In this document: one piece after another, positions 27,101 to 42,100 of the stretch
Position numbering within the stretch: position 1 is the stretch's first letter
Layout: every line of letters starts with the position of its first letter
Origin: Squalus acanthias
Taxonomy: Eukaryota
Length of the DNA stretch: 64,000 nt
Direction: 5' to 3'
Assembly: GCA_030390025.1 (NCBI GenBank)
Contig: CM059433.1
Location: 23,872,001-23,936,000 of the forward strand
Program-made: the position numbers and the translations under genes
Notes under the pieces: model-generated
Told to the model about the DNA's origin: nothing
The model's input: only the letters and a program-made list of their open reading frames with translations
Database searches by the model: none

Positions 27101-30100
27101 CCTCTTTCCCCAATACTGGTGCCAGTGCCCTATGAACTGAAACCTCTTCCTCCCACACCACTCTTTGAGCCACACATTTAAACCTCTAATCTGTTTGTCC
27201 CTATGCCAATTTGTGCGTGACTCAGGTAACAATCCAGAGATTATTACCTTTGAGGTTCTGCTTTTTAATTTGGATCCTAGCTCCTCAAACTCCCTCAGCA
27301 GAACCTCATTCCTAGTTCGACCCATGTCGTTGGTTCCTACGTGGACCAGGACAACTGGATCCTCACACTCCCAAGTTCTTCTCCAGCCACAAGGAGATGT
27401 CTTTAACCCTGGCAGGCAACACAACCTTCAGAATTCTCGATCGCGGCTGCAGAGAACAGTATCTATCCCCCTGACTATACTATCCCCTACCACAACTACA
27501 TTCCCTTTCACTCCCCCCACTTGAATGGCCTCCTGCACCATGGTGCCATGGTCAGCTTGCTCATCCATCCTGCAGGCTTTTCCCTCATCCACACAGGCAG
27601 CAAGAACCTCATACCTGTTGGACAAGAGCAAAGGCTGAGGCTCCTCCAGCATTGCACCTGGGGTCCCCTTACCTGCCTGAGTTGCAGTCACACCTTCCTG
27701 TCCCTGACCACTAACCAGACCTGTACCACTACCTAACCTAAGGGGTGTGACTGCCTCCTGGATCAAAATGTCCAGGTAACTCTACCCATCCCTGATGCCC
27801 CGCAATGTCTGCACCTCAGACTCCAACTCAAAAACTCTGAGCTGAAGTTCCTCAAGATGCAGGCACTTACTGCAAACATGGTTGTCCGGGATCACAATGC
27901 TCTCCACAAACTCTCACACGCTGCAGTTGCGGCACACCACCTGCACTGCCGTCCCTATATGACCTTGTTTTATTTAATTAAATTTGTATTTAGGTAACTT
28001 AGTTTACAGTGTAGTTTCTTGACTACTTACTTGATCTAGCTTAAGTTAAGGGTACTGAAATTAAATATCTACCTGTAACACAAAGCACTCCAAAGTAGTG
28101 TGGACAAAAAGCAACAACTCCGTCCCCCTCTTCTCCGAATTCCCACTCTTTCCAAATTCCCAAATAAAGCACTCTGTTCAAGTCCACTCCGTTTAATCCC
28201 ACTCTGTTCAGACCGCCACAGGAAGCCACATACTCCTTGAAAAATAAGTGTTTAAAAAAAGGTAGAGGAGCAGAGGGGTCTGGAGGTACAGACACACAAA
28301 TCGTTAAAAGTAGCGACGCAGGTTAATAAGACCATTTTAAAAAAATAAACCAAGTGCTGGGGTTCATTTCTAGAGGAGTAGAACTGAAAAGGGGTGCATG
28401 AGGTTCGCAAGCGCCCCTGCGATCACGTGGGCCGGCCCAACCAATGATAGAAGGGGAATCCCCATTCATGGAGATTCCATATGTATGGAACTCCCATAAG
28501 TATGAATGGGGATCACATAAAAAATACACAAACGCATGAAATAAATTTTTTAAAAATTACTTATTTCAAATTAATTAAAATATCATTTAATTAAATATTT
28601 TAAACAACAATTTAATTTTGGGGGGGGAAATGTATATGTTTTAGCGGGGCTAAAAATAAACTTACCTTATTGGACAGGCTTTTTAATGTATGAATGAGTG
28701 ATAACATTTTATTTTTCTATTTTTTAAAACTCTTACGCTGGTATAAATCAGGCCTTACGCCTGCTTTTTCCAGGCATAAGACTTTCAAGGGCATTCGCTG
28801 GGCAGAAGTTGGGCAAATAGCGCAACTCTCCACTTGCGCAGGCCCTTTTCCCGGGGATGCAGATGATCTGTCAAGAGAATTCTTGGCAGATCGCAAGTTA
28901 CGGGTTTTCGCGCATGCGCTTCGCATGCCTAAACCCGGAACTTGCGCGGACCATAAGGGCGTGTGTGCACCTCGTATGCACCCGTAGGGGTCGCAAAATA
29001 CGGCCCTACGTATTACTATGCAATATTTAAAATGGAGTCCTATGACGCGATTTTAATCAGAGGTCCTGCCCAGTGCCGGAGCCATCAGTAAAACCTGGCA
29101 GGATTAAAACCTTCTGAGCTCTGAAGTTGTATTAAAATGTGCAGTGAGATGCAGCTCATTGGATCAGAGGATCTATTTGTTGTCTAGTTTGCCTCGCGTG
29201 TCCAGCTTCCATATTACTACTTCTCCAGTTTTCTTTGGCCTCATCACTCCCATTCACCTTCTGACTACCAATTGCCCTACCTACCACCCTATCATTCAAA
29301 ACACTAGCCCTACCTCTCCTCCTTTTGAACGACCCACTCAGCCTTTATATCACCCCCTTTCTCTGCTGTCACAATTTTGTTTAAACCCTTATTTTGAGTA
29401 TTAGAAATTTCAGTTACTGACAGAAAAAATATTTTCAGAAAATATTTTGACCAATCTGTGGGAACCCAGTGGCCAGATTGTCCAACCTCAGTAACATGCT
29501 CTCATAAAATAGCACCTATCATGTCTTGCACATCGTAATACCTTTAACATTGAAAATTGCTATCGCAGCATCACCTACAGGAGTAAAAGGTACTTATGAA
29601 GTTTCAATGAAATGCATGTCCCACGTACTTAATTTATGGTTCGTAGCTAATAATTGTTGAAGAACAAAGCAAATATTGAAGTATTACCGAAAATAATCAA
29701 GGCATGTGTGGGAGTGAGATATTGGAAAGGACTTTGATTTTTATCATGCCTTTTTCAACCTTAAAAACCCCAAAGCGCTTTACAGTCAATGAAGTACTTT
29801 TGAAGTGTAGTCAATATTGTAATGTAAGGAAACGCTGATGACAATTTACACCCCAGCAAATTTCCATAAACAGCACATGACTAGATTATCTGTTTTAGTG
29901 ATGTTGGTTGAGGGATAAATGTTGGCCAGGACACCAGGGGAGCTCCCCTGTTCTGCTTCGAATAGTGCCATGGGATATTTTACGTCCACCTGAGAGGGAA
30001 GACGGGGCCTCGGTTTAACATCTCATCCGAAAGACAGCACCTCCGGCAGTGCAGCACTCACTCAGTACTTCACTGTATTGGGGCTGTAACTTCATATCCA

Positions 30101-33100
30101 TGGGCTTACATATTTAAGTCTTTGAGATGGCACCCACTGTCATTTCACCTTGCATTATTGACAGAAGGAGGGCAAATTATTTATTTACAGAAGCATTATG
30201 AAAACTCTTAATTTAGCTTTTTTAAGGTAGTAGAGCCAATGGGCTGCTTATTGCCTCTTAATTTTTTTTTGTTTTCCTTCAGCTTGTCTGGGTTGTGGCA
30301 TTACCACTTGCACACACAAAGAGAAAACAATGGTTGCTGCTGCCTAATTTATTTCATTTTGTTGCTTTTGAGATAATCTGCCTCCTGTGACCTCACTGCA
30401 TGTGTCCTCATCTGTGGTCAGTCTGCCCATTTTCTAAACTTAAGATTTACTATGTGCACTTAGTATGTACAGCAGTTACTGTGTCTGACATTCACTGAAT
30501 CCCCACTTATGATACAATCTTTTAACTCCCTTTTTCCATGTGTAACAAAAAACTGAAATTAGATATAAACTTGAAAAGGAAAAATTTGCATTGCTGTGGC
30601 GAGGGAACAGGAAGTGGAGTTAATTGGATAGCTCTTTCAAAGACCCGTCACAGGCACGATGGGCCGAATGGCCTCCTCACGTGCTAGATGATTCTATGAA
30701 CTCTTGTCACGGGTAAATTTTACTGAGAGAAAGGCAAACAATAAATGTTAAATAATCATTTTTTTAATTAAAATCTGGGAGCGCAGTTTTAGCTACGTCA
30801 TGTGTGAATTACATATAAATATTTATATGGCGATGTTACTCTTATTTTCAAGGAGGAACTTAATGTGTTTCGAGCTCAATGGATGTCTGAGCTGAATCCA
30901 AATGGAAGCTCTAATGGGTCAGATATGGAATCTGGTAGAGTCTCTGGCAAAGGGCTTTCTTTCAAATCTTCAGGTATCAAAGGGAAACAGGAACTTGCTC
31001 GTGAAGAAAAGGTAATGTTTGTAATGCTTCATGGAATATATTATGTCTAATTGCTTTGAGTCTGGAAAGCTTAACCATTGTCTTAAGAACATATGATAAA
31101 TCAAGGATGAGAAAAGGCAATTTAGCTCATTATTCTTGTGTATTGTGACATTTAATTACATTATGAATAACCTATGTGTCTTTATCTCTGGGAGAAATGG
31201 GCAGGGCTGAGCGGCAACAACTTGATCGAAGACCTTGGAGAGGAAAGGAAGTTTAGAACTGGGTTCGTTGAAGCGGGTGGGCAAACAAGGGTGGGCTTTT
31301 TAAGGAGGCTGTGATGAAGGTAATTTTGAAAGGGAGAGGGCCAGTGCCTGAATAAAGGGAGCCACTCATAATGTCAGCAGAGCCAATAACAGTGTCTGCA
31401 TGCATGGTGGCCAGGTAGGTAATCGAGTGGTTAGGAGTTGGGTGCGGTTGGGAGTTTAGTGTGGATAGGGTCAAGTGACCAGGAGGAGAATCTCAAAGAA
31501 GTGACGAGCTTGAAGAGATCAGGCAGGAGATGGGAGAAAAACTATAGGATCCAGAATCGGAAGCTGGGGAGCAGTCAGGAGCAGGTGGAGATGATGGCAG
31601 AGGCAGCTGCAGAGATGGTTTCAATCTTAGGGATGAAAATACCACAAGCTCTTTGCACTTAATATTGCAGGGGATCAAGGCAAGAGGCAGATGGCATTTA
31701 AAATGGGTCACTTCACAAATATCATAATGTATTTTTCATTCTGTTCTCATGCTTGAAGCAAGCACCAGCATTAATGATGAACTGCTTCAACAGTAGCTAT
31801 TTCCATAATATCTGTTGCTTGAGAAACAGATGAGCTGGATGTGAATTGCGAAGGAAATTTGAGCTGTCATTTAGCTTCACATTGCAGACCAACTTTGCAG
31901 CCGAGTTTGAATTCACAGCTGCTACTTCTTGCCACATAACATTGTGCTGCTTGCTTGCGCATGTAACAGCTGACTCACGTATATATTTATTTTGCAGGCC
32001 AAAGAATTGTTCCTGAAAGCTGTTGAGCAAGAACAGAATGGAGCAGTTTATGAAGGTAAATTAATGTATATGTGTGTGAGCTGTGTTTTAAATTATAAAG
32101 GGATTACCATGTTTTATGTGTTTTCATTTGTGAAGGACCAAAAAGTTCAGATTCCACATATTTTAAAGAGTATTTGCAACCGTTTTATATAAAAAAAAAA
32201 ATTTCATCTTTATTGGGATCTGAGAGAAAAACAACCCCTTTGCATGTTCCTACAAACAAGACTTAATACTTCAGCTTTGAGACCTAGGTTTAAATTCAGC
32301 CAAAACTGATGGGATAAAAGTCTCTTCTGTCTGTCAGCTGTAACGTTCCTTTCCTATGTGAAATGAGTTTGGGCAATCTCAATTCAATTCGTAATGGACA
32401 AGGGCTCACAATACAACCTGCCCGAACCTAACACCAAAGAGGCAATCTTACTGTCTCAGTGTGGAAAATGGAATTAGGAACCTAGGAACAGGAGTAGCTC
32501 AGTCAGCCCCTCGAGCCAGCTCTGCCATTCAGTTTAGATCACAGCTGATCTGTATCTTAACTTCATCTACCTGCCTTGGATCCGTTACCCTTAATACCCT
32601 TGCCTAACAAAAAATCTATCAATTTCTGTTTTGAAATTTTCAATTGACCTAGTCTCAACAGCTTTTTGGGGGCGAGAGTTCCAGATTTTCACTACCCTTT
32701 GTGTGAAGAAGTGCTTCCTGACATCTCCCATGAATGGCCTAGCTCTAATTGTAAGGTTATGCCCCCTTTTTCTGGACTCCCCTACCAGAGGAAACAGTTT
32801 CTCTCTCTTTGCCCTATCAACTCCTTTAATCGTCTTAAACACCCAAATGTCTATGCAACTTGTCCTCATAATTTAACCCTTTTATCATTCTGGTGAATCT
32901 ACGCTATACCCCCTCCAAGGCCAGTATATCCTTCCTGAGGTGTGGTGCCCAAAACTGACTTCAGTACTCTAAATGGAGTCTAACCAGAGCTTTATTGCTG
33001 TAACATAACTTCCACCCTTTGTAATCCAGCCCCCTTGAGATAAAGGCCAACATTCCATTAGCCTTTTTAATTAGTTTTTGTACCTGTCCACTAGCTTTTA

Positions 33101-36100
33101 GTGATTTCTGTACTTGGACCACTAAATTTTTCTGCACATCCACAGTTCCTAGCTTGTCACCATTTAGAAAATACTCATCTTTTAGGTCCAAAGTGGATGA
33201 CTTCACATTTCCCCACATTAAACTCTATCTGCCACAGTTTTGCCCATTTACTTAATCTATCAATGTCCCTTTGCAACTTTCTGCTTCCATCTACACTATT
33301 TACTGTGTCACCTAACTTGTCATCAGCAAACATGGATATATGGCTCTCTATTCCTTCGTCTAAGTCATTGATAAATATAGTGAAAATCTGATGCTCAAGT
33401 GCAGATCCCTGGGGGACACCACGAGTCACATCCAGCCAATTGGAGTACATACCCATTATCCCTGCTCTCTCTCTCCTACCTCCTAACCAATTTTCTACCC
33501 ATGTCAATAGGTTGCCGCCAATTCCATCCGCTCTCGTTTTTGATGTGGAACATTCTCGAATGCCCTCTGGAAGCCCATATAAGTAACATCCAAAGACACA
33601 CTCTTATCTGCTACGTTAGTTATCTCCTCAAAAAATTCAGTTAGGTTTGTTAGACATGTCATACCCTTTAAAAAAAAACATTATGGGGCTCTCTGATCAG
33701 TTCATGTTTGTCCAAGTGTTCAGTCACTCTGTCCCTAATAACAGATTCTAGTAACTTCCTCACAACAGATGTTGGACTAATAGGCATATAATTTCCTAGT
33801 TTATCTCTCTTACCCTTAAATATTGGAGTAACATTGGCACTTTTCCGGTACTTTATCCTTGTCCTCGACTGTGAAGACCGATAGAAAGTAAGTATTTAGC
33901 AAGTCCGTTATTTCTTGATTTTCAATAACAATTGTTGACACTGGTGCAATTGCAGGTGCTTTTCTGAGGTTGAGGGTATGGTGCATTGTTGAAGTAGAGC
34001 CGATGGAGTTTTACTTTACTGGTACCGGACGTGAGAGAGAGAAAGAAAAAGACTTGCATTTATATAGCGCCTTTCACGACCACCTGACGTCCCAAAGCGC
34101 TTTACATCCAATTGAGGAGTTTTTGAAGTGTAGTCACTGTTGTAATGTAGGAATGTAATGAGAGATCTGGATGCTAGCACTAGGTACCTGATCCGTTCCA
34201 CACTGGTAACATCCCTTGGCTTGGTGAGCACAAAAACTCAACACTTTTTTAAGCAATGAACAGAAGTAGGCCATTCAGCCACTGGAGCCTGTTCCTCCAT
34301 TCTATTAGCTGATGGCTGATGTGAATGTCAACTCTATTTACCCGCCTTTGCTCCATATCCCCCTGATACCCTCACCTAACAAAAATCTTTCGATCTCGGT
34401 CTTGAGGTTATGTTTGACCTCCAGGTAATGTATCACTTTTCAGCTGTTTGATGTCAAACATGTGTAAATAGAATGTGTGCTTTGATAAATATATTTTAGA
34501 AGAATAATAATCGTTCATATATTAAATAGATGGCAAATTAATCAGTATCCATTATCTAACTAAAATAGTGCTACTTTGCAGTGCTTTTTTGTAAGAACTA
34601 TAGTTTTTATTTGAAATGTATATGAACCACAGCCACAAATTTTTCCTCTTGTGCAGATAAAAAAAAATCTAACTCGCACTTTTTGGTTATTTTCGTCTCC
34701 CAACCATTTTAACATCTTATACTTGTACTTGTAATTAAATACTCTACTAGTGGGAAGCGATGAGGCTGCCTCTTCCACCAGGGTGAGTTGGTTCAATGTA
34801 ACCTGCAGTGCTGTCATTCCCATTCCGCACCCAGACTTGCTCTTTTGTTTATTGAAAAAAATGAGGTTTTCGCACGCGGGCTTATTTTTCTAAATGATTC
34901 CCCATTCACTGTCCTCCCCTGGTGCCAGTTAGAGCCACATCAGTGCAGTTGCAGAACAGGTGCAGAGGTTGTTGGTTTGTTATTGCAATGTTTTCCCTCA
35001 AGGTAGCTCAGCGCTTTTGTCCTGTCCTGTCCCTGATGTATTTCTGTTCTGTTTACATGACTGTCATTCGCGACTCTGCAAAGAGATGCGCTCCATTCTG
35101 GGTTTCACTTTCAGCCATGAAAATGCTTCTGCCGCTTCTATCAATGTAATTTTGCATAAATTTTTATTTTCAAGAAAACCAGCAAACCTCATACCCTTCC
35201 CTATTGTCCATTCTTCATATATTATTTTGGACAGTGAGGTTGGTGAGTTTTTCAACTGCAGAAATCATTGCAGTCCAGCCAAATGCAAATCTCATTGCTG
35301 TGTGCCTATGTACAGTTCCATCAGGAATCCCTCGGGAGAGATCAGAAGCAGGAGGCCTAGCTTTGACCCTTTGGGGTCTTAGATAGTGAACAGAAGTAAG
35401 AACCATAACTGGTCATTTTCCCCTCCCTCTCCCAGCCTCAGGTGATGAGAAATGTGCTGCCCTGCTGATGTCAGAGCTTCCAATTAACTCAGGAAGACAT
35501 TTAACCTGGGACTTTTATCATCTCTGTAACTCAGCACTGCACCATATGATGTATTGATCCACTGAACCATTGGGGCCCCTCTTCCCAGGTGTGCTCCTAT
35601 TCAGATTTCTTAAAAATATAACTTGAGTGAAACATAACTAAATATGTGTCAAGTTAATCGTTGTCTTTTTGGTTTTGTTTTTCTTGTTCCTATTTTCTCC
35701 CTTCCTCTCCTGAAGGCTGTGACTCATGCTGGGGTATGCTGCCATGGGTGCCAACAGCGGTTCGATACCTCATCCAAGTGACCATATTCATGTGTTAGCC
35801 TAGACAGTGAGTATAGGGAGATTATTTGGCCATCATGGGGGGAATACAGTCAAGCCAGATTCTCTCCTCACCTGGCAACCACACAAGTGGATTTTACAGC
35901 TACCTTGTTTTTAAAGTTTCAGCTTGGTGGTCTTCTCCTTCCTGCATGTTACATACTATTCTGCTCTGCTCTGCTTCCCTTCGTTCACTATTAAGTATTT
36001 AAATGGGGAGAGACGCAGACATAATTACTGGTTATTGTAGTAGTGGGTGTTGACAATACAATCGTCCTCAGGCTTTTTCAGTCGTAAAACAAAACCAAAA

Positions 36101-39100
36101 GTAAGGCAGTACTGGTTTTATTTACCCAGAGTACACTTGTCGCTGTGAATTCTTCCCTGTTTTGTCTGATTATACCTCTGTGAAGCGCCTTGGAATGTTT
36201 TTCGATATGAAAGGTGTTACTTAAAAACAAGATGTTGCTGTTGATTGGTACAAGGAAGTAATCTGCCCATCGGATTGTAATTAGGATATCTGATGGCAAT
36301 TCATTCCCCAGTCTTTGAGCGAACTAAACAAATGCTTAAAATGACAGTTAAACTTGTGAAATTACCATTAAATAGTAAAACAAAAGCAAAATACTGCGAA
36401 TGCTGAAAATCTGAAATAAAAGTTTTTATATTAAATAGTAAAATATGTTTTCAGTTGCTTTGCAATTCAGTTTTACACAAGTTGCTTTTTTTTTGCTTGA
36501 AATAAAAAAAGAAAAACTTGCATTTATATAGCGCCTTTCCCGACCTCAGGACATTCCAAATGCTTTACAGACGAAAAAGTGACATTCGTCAATCATTTGA
36601 TAAAATTAATTAATGGCGGTTGCATTACTTTGCAATCTTGATTAAAATTTGTCTTCTGAAACAAATTAAGAATTTACACAGGTTATAATTCTGATCTTAA
36701 GGAATGAGATGAGAATAACGAACTCATGAAATTGTCTTGCCCTTGAATATTTATGTTAAAAATAATCCTGAATGTAATTTGAAAAATTATTTTTAGTCTT
36801 TTTAAGCTAAGAAGTGCCTGATCTCTCTCAACAAAACAGGATGCATCTTCACCTGGTTCCACTTGGAACTATTTGCCACTGTTCATTGAGAGGAATGTGG
36901 GATGTATTTGTTTTTAAATATTACTTGAGTATAAGGACATTAAGCATTCCTTTAATACTTTTTCAGGCTGAGATACATATAATAACTAAACTGAGCAAAC
37001 AAATCAATGTGAATTTTTTGAATTGTAGTCAATGATTCCAAGGTTTTTAGTTAATATACTGTACCTCCATTTCAGTGTTCTCTATTGATTTTGTGAGAAA
37101 ATTCAGAAGGTGATAGAGTTGCATTTATATGCTTGATTATTATGTCTCTCATAAATGTCTCATCAAAGTGCTTCCCCTGCAATGACTTACTTTTGAAATG
37201 CAGGGACTGCTGTTAAACAAGCAAATGTGACAGCTATTTTGTGCACATCACTGGAATCTCAACCGAGATTATATGCATCAAGTTTAGGAGTGGAAGTTAA
37301 ATCCACTTCTAACTCGGACAAAAATGTTACCAATTCAGCCAAAGTGACACTTGCACCATCTCTCGTTTGTTGGTCATTTATCTTCAGAATAGTGATCAGG
37401 ATAAGCATTTGAAAGTTCATAAGATAATTATGGATCAGAAAGGCAATTTGGCCCATCTGAATTGTGGGTTCCATTGGTTTTATTCATGATTCCAGGGGTT
37501 TTCCCTCCACTACTCTATTTGGAAATCTATTCCACCCATTGATCAATCTGAAGCAGAATTTCCTGATATTGTTCCTAAAATTACATTTTACTAGTTTGAA
37601 TCTATGTCACGTTGTTTTACTACTGCAGTTTAATTTAAAGTAATATTCTGGTTCAACTTTTTTCCAGCAGTCTTGTATACCTCTAGAAGTATGTATCTCG
37701 GATGCCTGCTTTCTAGATCACTTATATAAATTACAAACAGTAGTGGCTGCTGCACCAAGCCCTGAGGCTCACTACTCCCCCCCCTCCCCCCACCAAACCA
37801 CCACCACATAACTCCTCTAACAAGTACTTTCCTACCCTTCAGCTAATTTCTTAATCATCTCCAGGATTTCCCTGAACCCCCACAGCTTTGAGTTTAATGA
37901 ATAGCCTTTTATGTGGAACTTTGTCAAATGCCTTTTGGAAGTCAAGCTGCACCACGTCATGGGTATACTTGGGTTTTCACTTACTCAAAAAAAAAACCGA
38001 GGCAGTTGGTCAGGCATTATCTTCCCTTCTGAGTCCATGTTGATTTGCGAGTACAGTAGTTCTCCAACTTTTTTGGTTGAAGGACCCCTTTTCAAATCGA
38101 TTAGAAATCACTGACACCCCCCCCCCCATCTAAATTACAATACTGTATAATACTCATAATATAAAAGTGCTGCACGTAAAGAATGTTTTAATAATGCTTT
38201 TAAGAAAACCGGTATTTACTTACAGATATCAGAGAGATGGGTGTGCCTGCTTCTCACTAATTCTGGGTACTCCGCAGCAACAGATGGCCACTATTAGCCA
38301 CTTCGTGCTGGTTTTAAAGCCGTCAGCAGGCTGGCCAAGGTCAGTGACAGCACGAGCACCCATGCACATGCTGGGATGCTGCTGGAGGCATAACTCACCA
38401 CCATACTGTCCAGCTGGTATGTTCTATAACAGCTGCACTGTGAGATTGTAGGTGTTCGCGGGAACACGTTCAGGCACGTGTTTGAAGGGCCCGTGATCAC
38501 GTGTCAGGAGGATGGCACAGGGTCGCGGCGCCAGGGAGAGGAATCGGCTCGACCGACAGGGAGCGCTTGTTGCAAAGTGAAAGAGCTGTGGGCCTCTGTG
38601 AGGAGGCGGGCCCAGTCGTTGAGAATAATTTGCAAGAACTGAATCAGTGTCGGTTTTCTAAAGAGGAACAGGCTTGAAATTACCTGATTCTACGAACAGT
38701 TTCAGAAATCAGACTGACTTTTGGTACCATCAACATATTGGATATGACCTACCGACAGAAGTTTACTTCTTCTCCCAGCATAATTCCTAATTAAGAAGGC
38801 AGGCACACAACCTGCTCACAAATCTCTGCCACTGGAGCTGGATATAAACAGACAGGCAAATAGCAGCATAGTTCATTCACCACCTGCTGCAGCCTCCACA
38901 CTCAGGAGAAAGAATCTCGCTCAAATCAAGAGCTCAGCACGTGCACAAAGTGCAGACCCGGACCCACAACCCATCAAAGGGGGCACCGTGTGCGCACCAA
39001 ATCCCCCTCAATAACGGAACCCCCGCCGCGCGCCACCCCTTCCCCCTCTGATCCATCACAACTGAATAAAACCAGCCGGAGGTTAAAGGAGCCCAGGGAC

Positions 39101-42100
39101 CGGCCACTGGCACACCTCAGAGGAGGAGGCGACCCAGCACAATACGAGTAACCCAAGGGAACCGGTGAAATCCCACTACAACCGGGAGTGGCAGCGACTC
39201 GAGAACCCTGATTCTGGGATAGAGGGAGGAGCAGGAGAAGAACTGGCCCTCGGGGGAGGGCCCGGTCCACTGGCCGTTAAGTGATTTCCCCCCTCCCCGA
39301 CGGCTCGGCTCCAGCTCCAGTCACCATCCCCTGGCCCCAGCTCGCAGGCCCAAGCAGCCTGAGGCCCAAGCTCCTCTTCCACAGTCTCACTGACGAGGTG
39401 CAATGCGTGGGACTTACCTGGTCCCGGAGCTTGAGGAAAACCATGGTCTCGGCGGCGCGGGTCGGTACGGGGCAGGGCGGCAGAGAGTGGACAGGCCACG
39501 GACCCCCTGGAAAGTTTCGACGGACCCCCAGGGATCCGCGGACGCCAGTTTGAGAAACCCACTGCTAGTCGGTTTAATACCAATGCGTCAAGAAACATTT
39601 TTTCAGCCAATGTTTTTGAAGAATGGACTATGTCACTTTTCAGATTTTGAGAACATTTAGATTTTTTGCCTATTGCTTTTTTTTTGAAATTTAATTCTTT
39701 GGTTTTCAAAATGGTTGAGTTTTTGATGGAACAAACACTTTGGAGAGAGTAGAACTTTGAAGCAGTGGAGATTCCTTCACATCAATTTGTTTCTATAGGA
39801 TCATGCTATATACATATGATAAAAGATCACTGCAGCACAGCAAAATCAACTGTACAACGCAATTTCAATTTTTGTCTTTTTTTTTAAAGTAAAAGTAATT
39901 TCCCTGGTCACCAAGAAACTGATCTTCACACATAATAAATTGATGAAATACATTGCATATGTTTTAATTCAGCTGCTTAATTGTGTTGCGTTGCTGTTCA
40001 GCATCCAATGAAGTTGCTCAATAATTAGTGGAGAGGAAAAAAGTTGATTGCAAAGGGACTACAATATTTTCTGATGCAATAAATCTGATAGAAATGTTTT
40101 TTTTACACCGTACTATCACTTGCAAAATAATACATAAGTGATAAAATTATGTGGCAGTTGCCTTGTTTTATTTAAATTGGACATGAGTATAATTCTTGGC
40201 TTCTCATACAACCATCTCATTTTGATCTTTTTTATAATTGTATACATCCTTTCATCCATCCTCGAACTCCCTACCCTTCAAATAGCTTCTAGACTTCACT
40301 CACCTGCTTTGGACAGCGGTTCGTCGATGCTCCGTACCGGCCCCATCCTGCTTACGTCGGCTTGTCCTTCCATGGTACCTCTGACTTTGACCCTGGTCTC
40401 CATACTATTGTTCCCAACCTATTCCCTGGTACCAGGAAATATGTATTCCATTAATTATTACATTTAAACAGACCTATGTAACCTGAGTTTTTCCCGTGTC
40501 CATTCGCGTGCGCACTTTGGCTGCCGCTCTGGACCCGAGCCATTCCACTTTTTCCCCCTATTTTCCTTTTCTCTCTATCCCTCCCTGACTGCACTCTCCT
40601 GTCGTCATGCCTCCTTTCATCTCTCCTCTCTTGGATGCACTGCCCTCCCAAATCCCTACCCCAATCCTTCATTACTCTTCGACCTTCCTACTCTCCTGCC
40701 GCCATCCCAGGCTTGACTCCCTCTTAGATAAGCTCACAGCTTCCCTCTGTGCCTCTCTCGGCATCCTACAAAAGGCCCATCGAGGCACTCGTCGCTACCG
40801 TCTTACGAGCAGCAACCCCAACTGTCCCATCCTACTCTCTCGCTGACCTACGTGCCCACTGGGGGTAAATCTTGCCAATCTCCTCCCCATCCAACTTATC
40901 CCCCCAGCGCTGACCCTGTGGATGCTGGCAGTGGGGCAGCCATCACCACCCCCTCTGCATCTCCCTCCAGAATGTCCGTACACTTGCGAACAAGGCCCTT
41001 GCCATCCATGAGCTTATCTTGGATGACTGCATCGATATCATGGCCCTGATGGAAACTTGGTTGAGGGGTGATGACACCTTACCCTTAAATGAAGCCTCCC
41101 CACCTGGCTATACCTTCCACCACTTGCCCTGAACAGACCGCCATGGTTTGGTATCTCATCACCAAATCGCACCTTGATTTGTCCCCCTATTCCTCCGGCA
41201 GTTTCTCCTCCTTTGAGCATCTCACCTTATTCCACCCCTCTCACCTCTCATTTAAAATTCTTGTTCTCTACCGCCCACCCAAGTACCATTAAAAACGTTA
41301 TTACTGAAATATCTTCACTGTTCTCCTCTCTCGGCCTCTGCACTGAACGACTTCTCATCCTTGGTGATTTCAACCTCCATCTCAATTCATCATGCTCTCT
41401 CTCCTCTGAGTTCACTAACCTCCTGTCCTCCCTTAATCTCTCCCTCCATCTAAACTCCCTAACCCATATTCACGGCCACCCCCTCGACCTTGCCATCTCT
41501 CGTGGCCTCGCTACTCCCATCGTGTCAATTGCAGATAAAGTCATCTCTGACCATTTCCTCGTATCGCTCTCCACCCACATCCCCCTTCCACCCCCCAAAC
41601 CCTACTCCCTTCTGTGTCCGCCCCTGGAAGAAACTCTCTCCCAACTCTCTTACAACTGCACTTATGAAATCCCAACTGTCCAGCCTCTGGCCCTCCATTC
41701 ACCATGACATTTTTGCAGCTACCGATCTGCTCAACCACACCCTCACCACTATCTTTGATGCCCTAGTTCCCACTAAAACAATTACCCTCTCTCACCCTGG
41801 CCATTCCCCCTGGTACGGCTCTCATCTTCGCTCCTTAAGTCCAAGGGACGCAGACTTGAGCGGATATGGCGAACAACTGGTATAGCCATTCACCGCCAGA
41901 TCTGGCTGGACCACAAAAAGCACTATCGGGCCCTGCTGTCGTCTGCCAAAATTGCTCACTGTTCCAGAATCATTCTGGAATGCAAAGATAAACCCCGGCT
42001 CCTATTCTCTACTGCTAACCGTCTTCTTAAACCCCTCTCCCCTGTCTCCTCCACCCTCATCTCTGATAACAAGTGTGAGGAGCTCATAGACTTCTTTGTC

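Noticed and set aside
30850..30855. AAG GAG tandem acceptor at exon 3
   Set aside because: GAG is a poor acceptor; nothing in the sequence supports alternative use
39176..39709. 177-aa ORF as a hAT transposase
   Set aside because: GC-rich low-stop sequence crossing the element boundary; no BED finger, DDE or dimerisation motif
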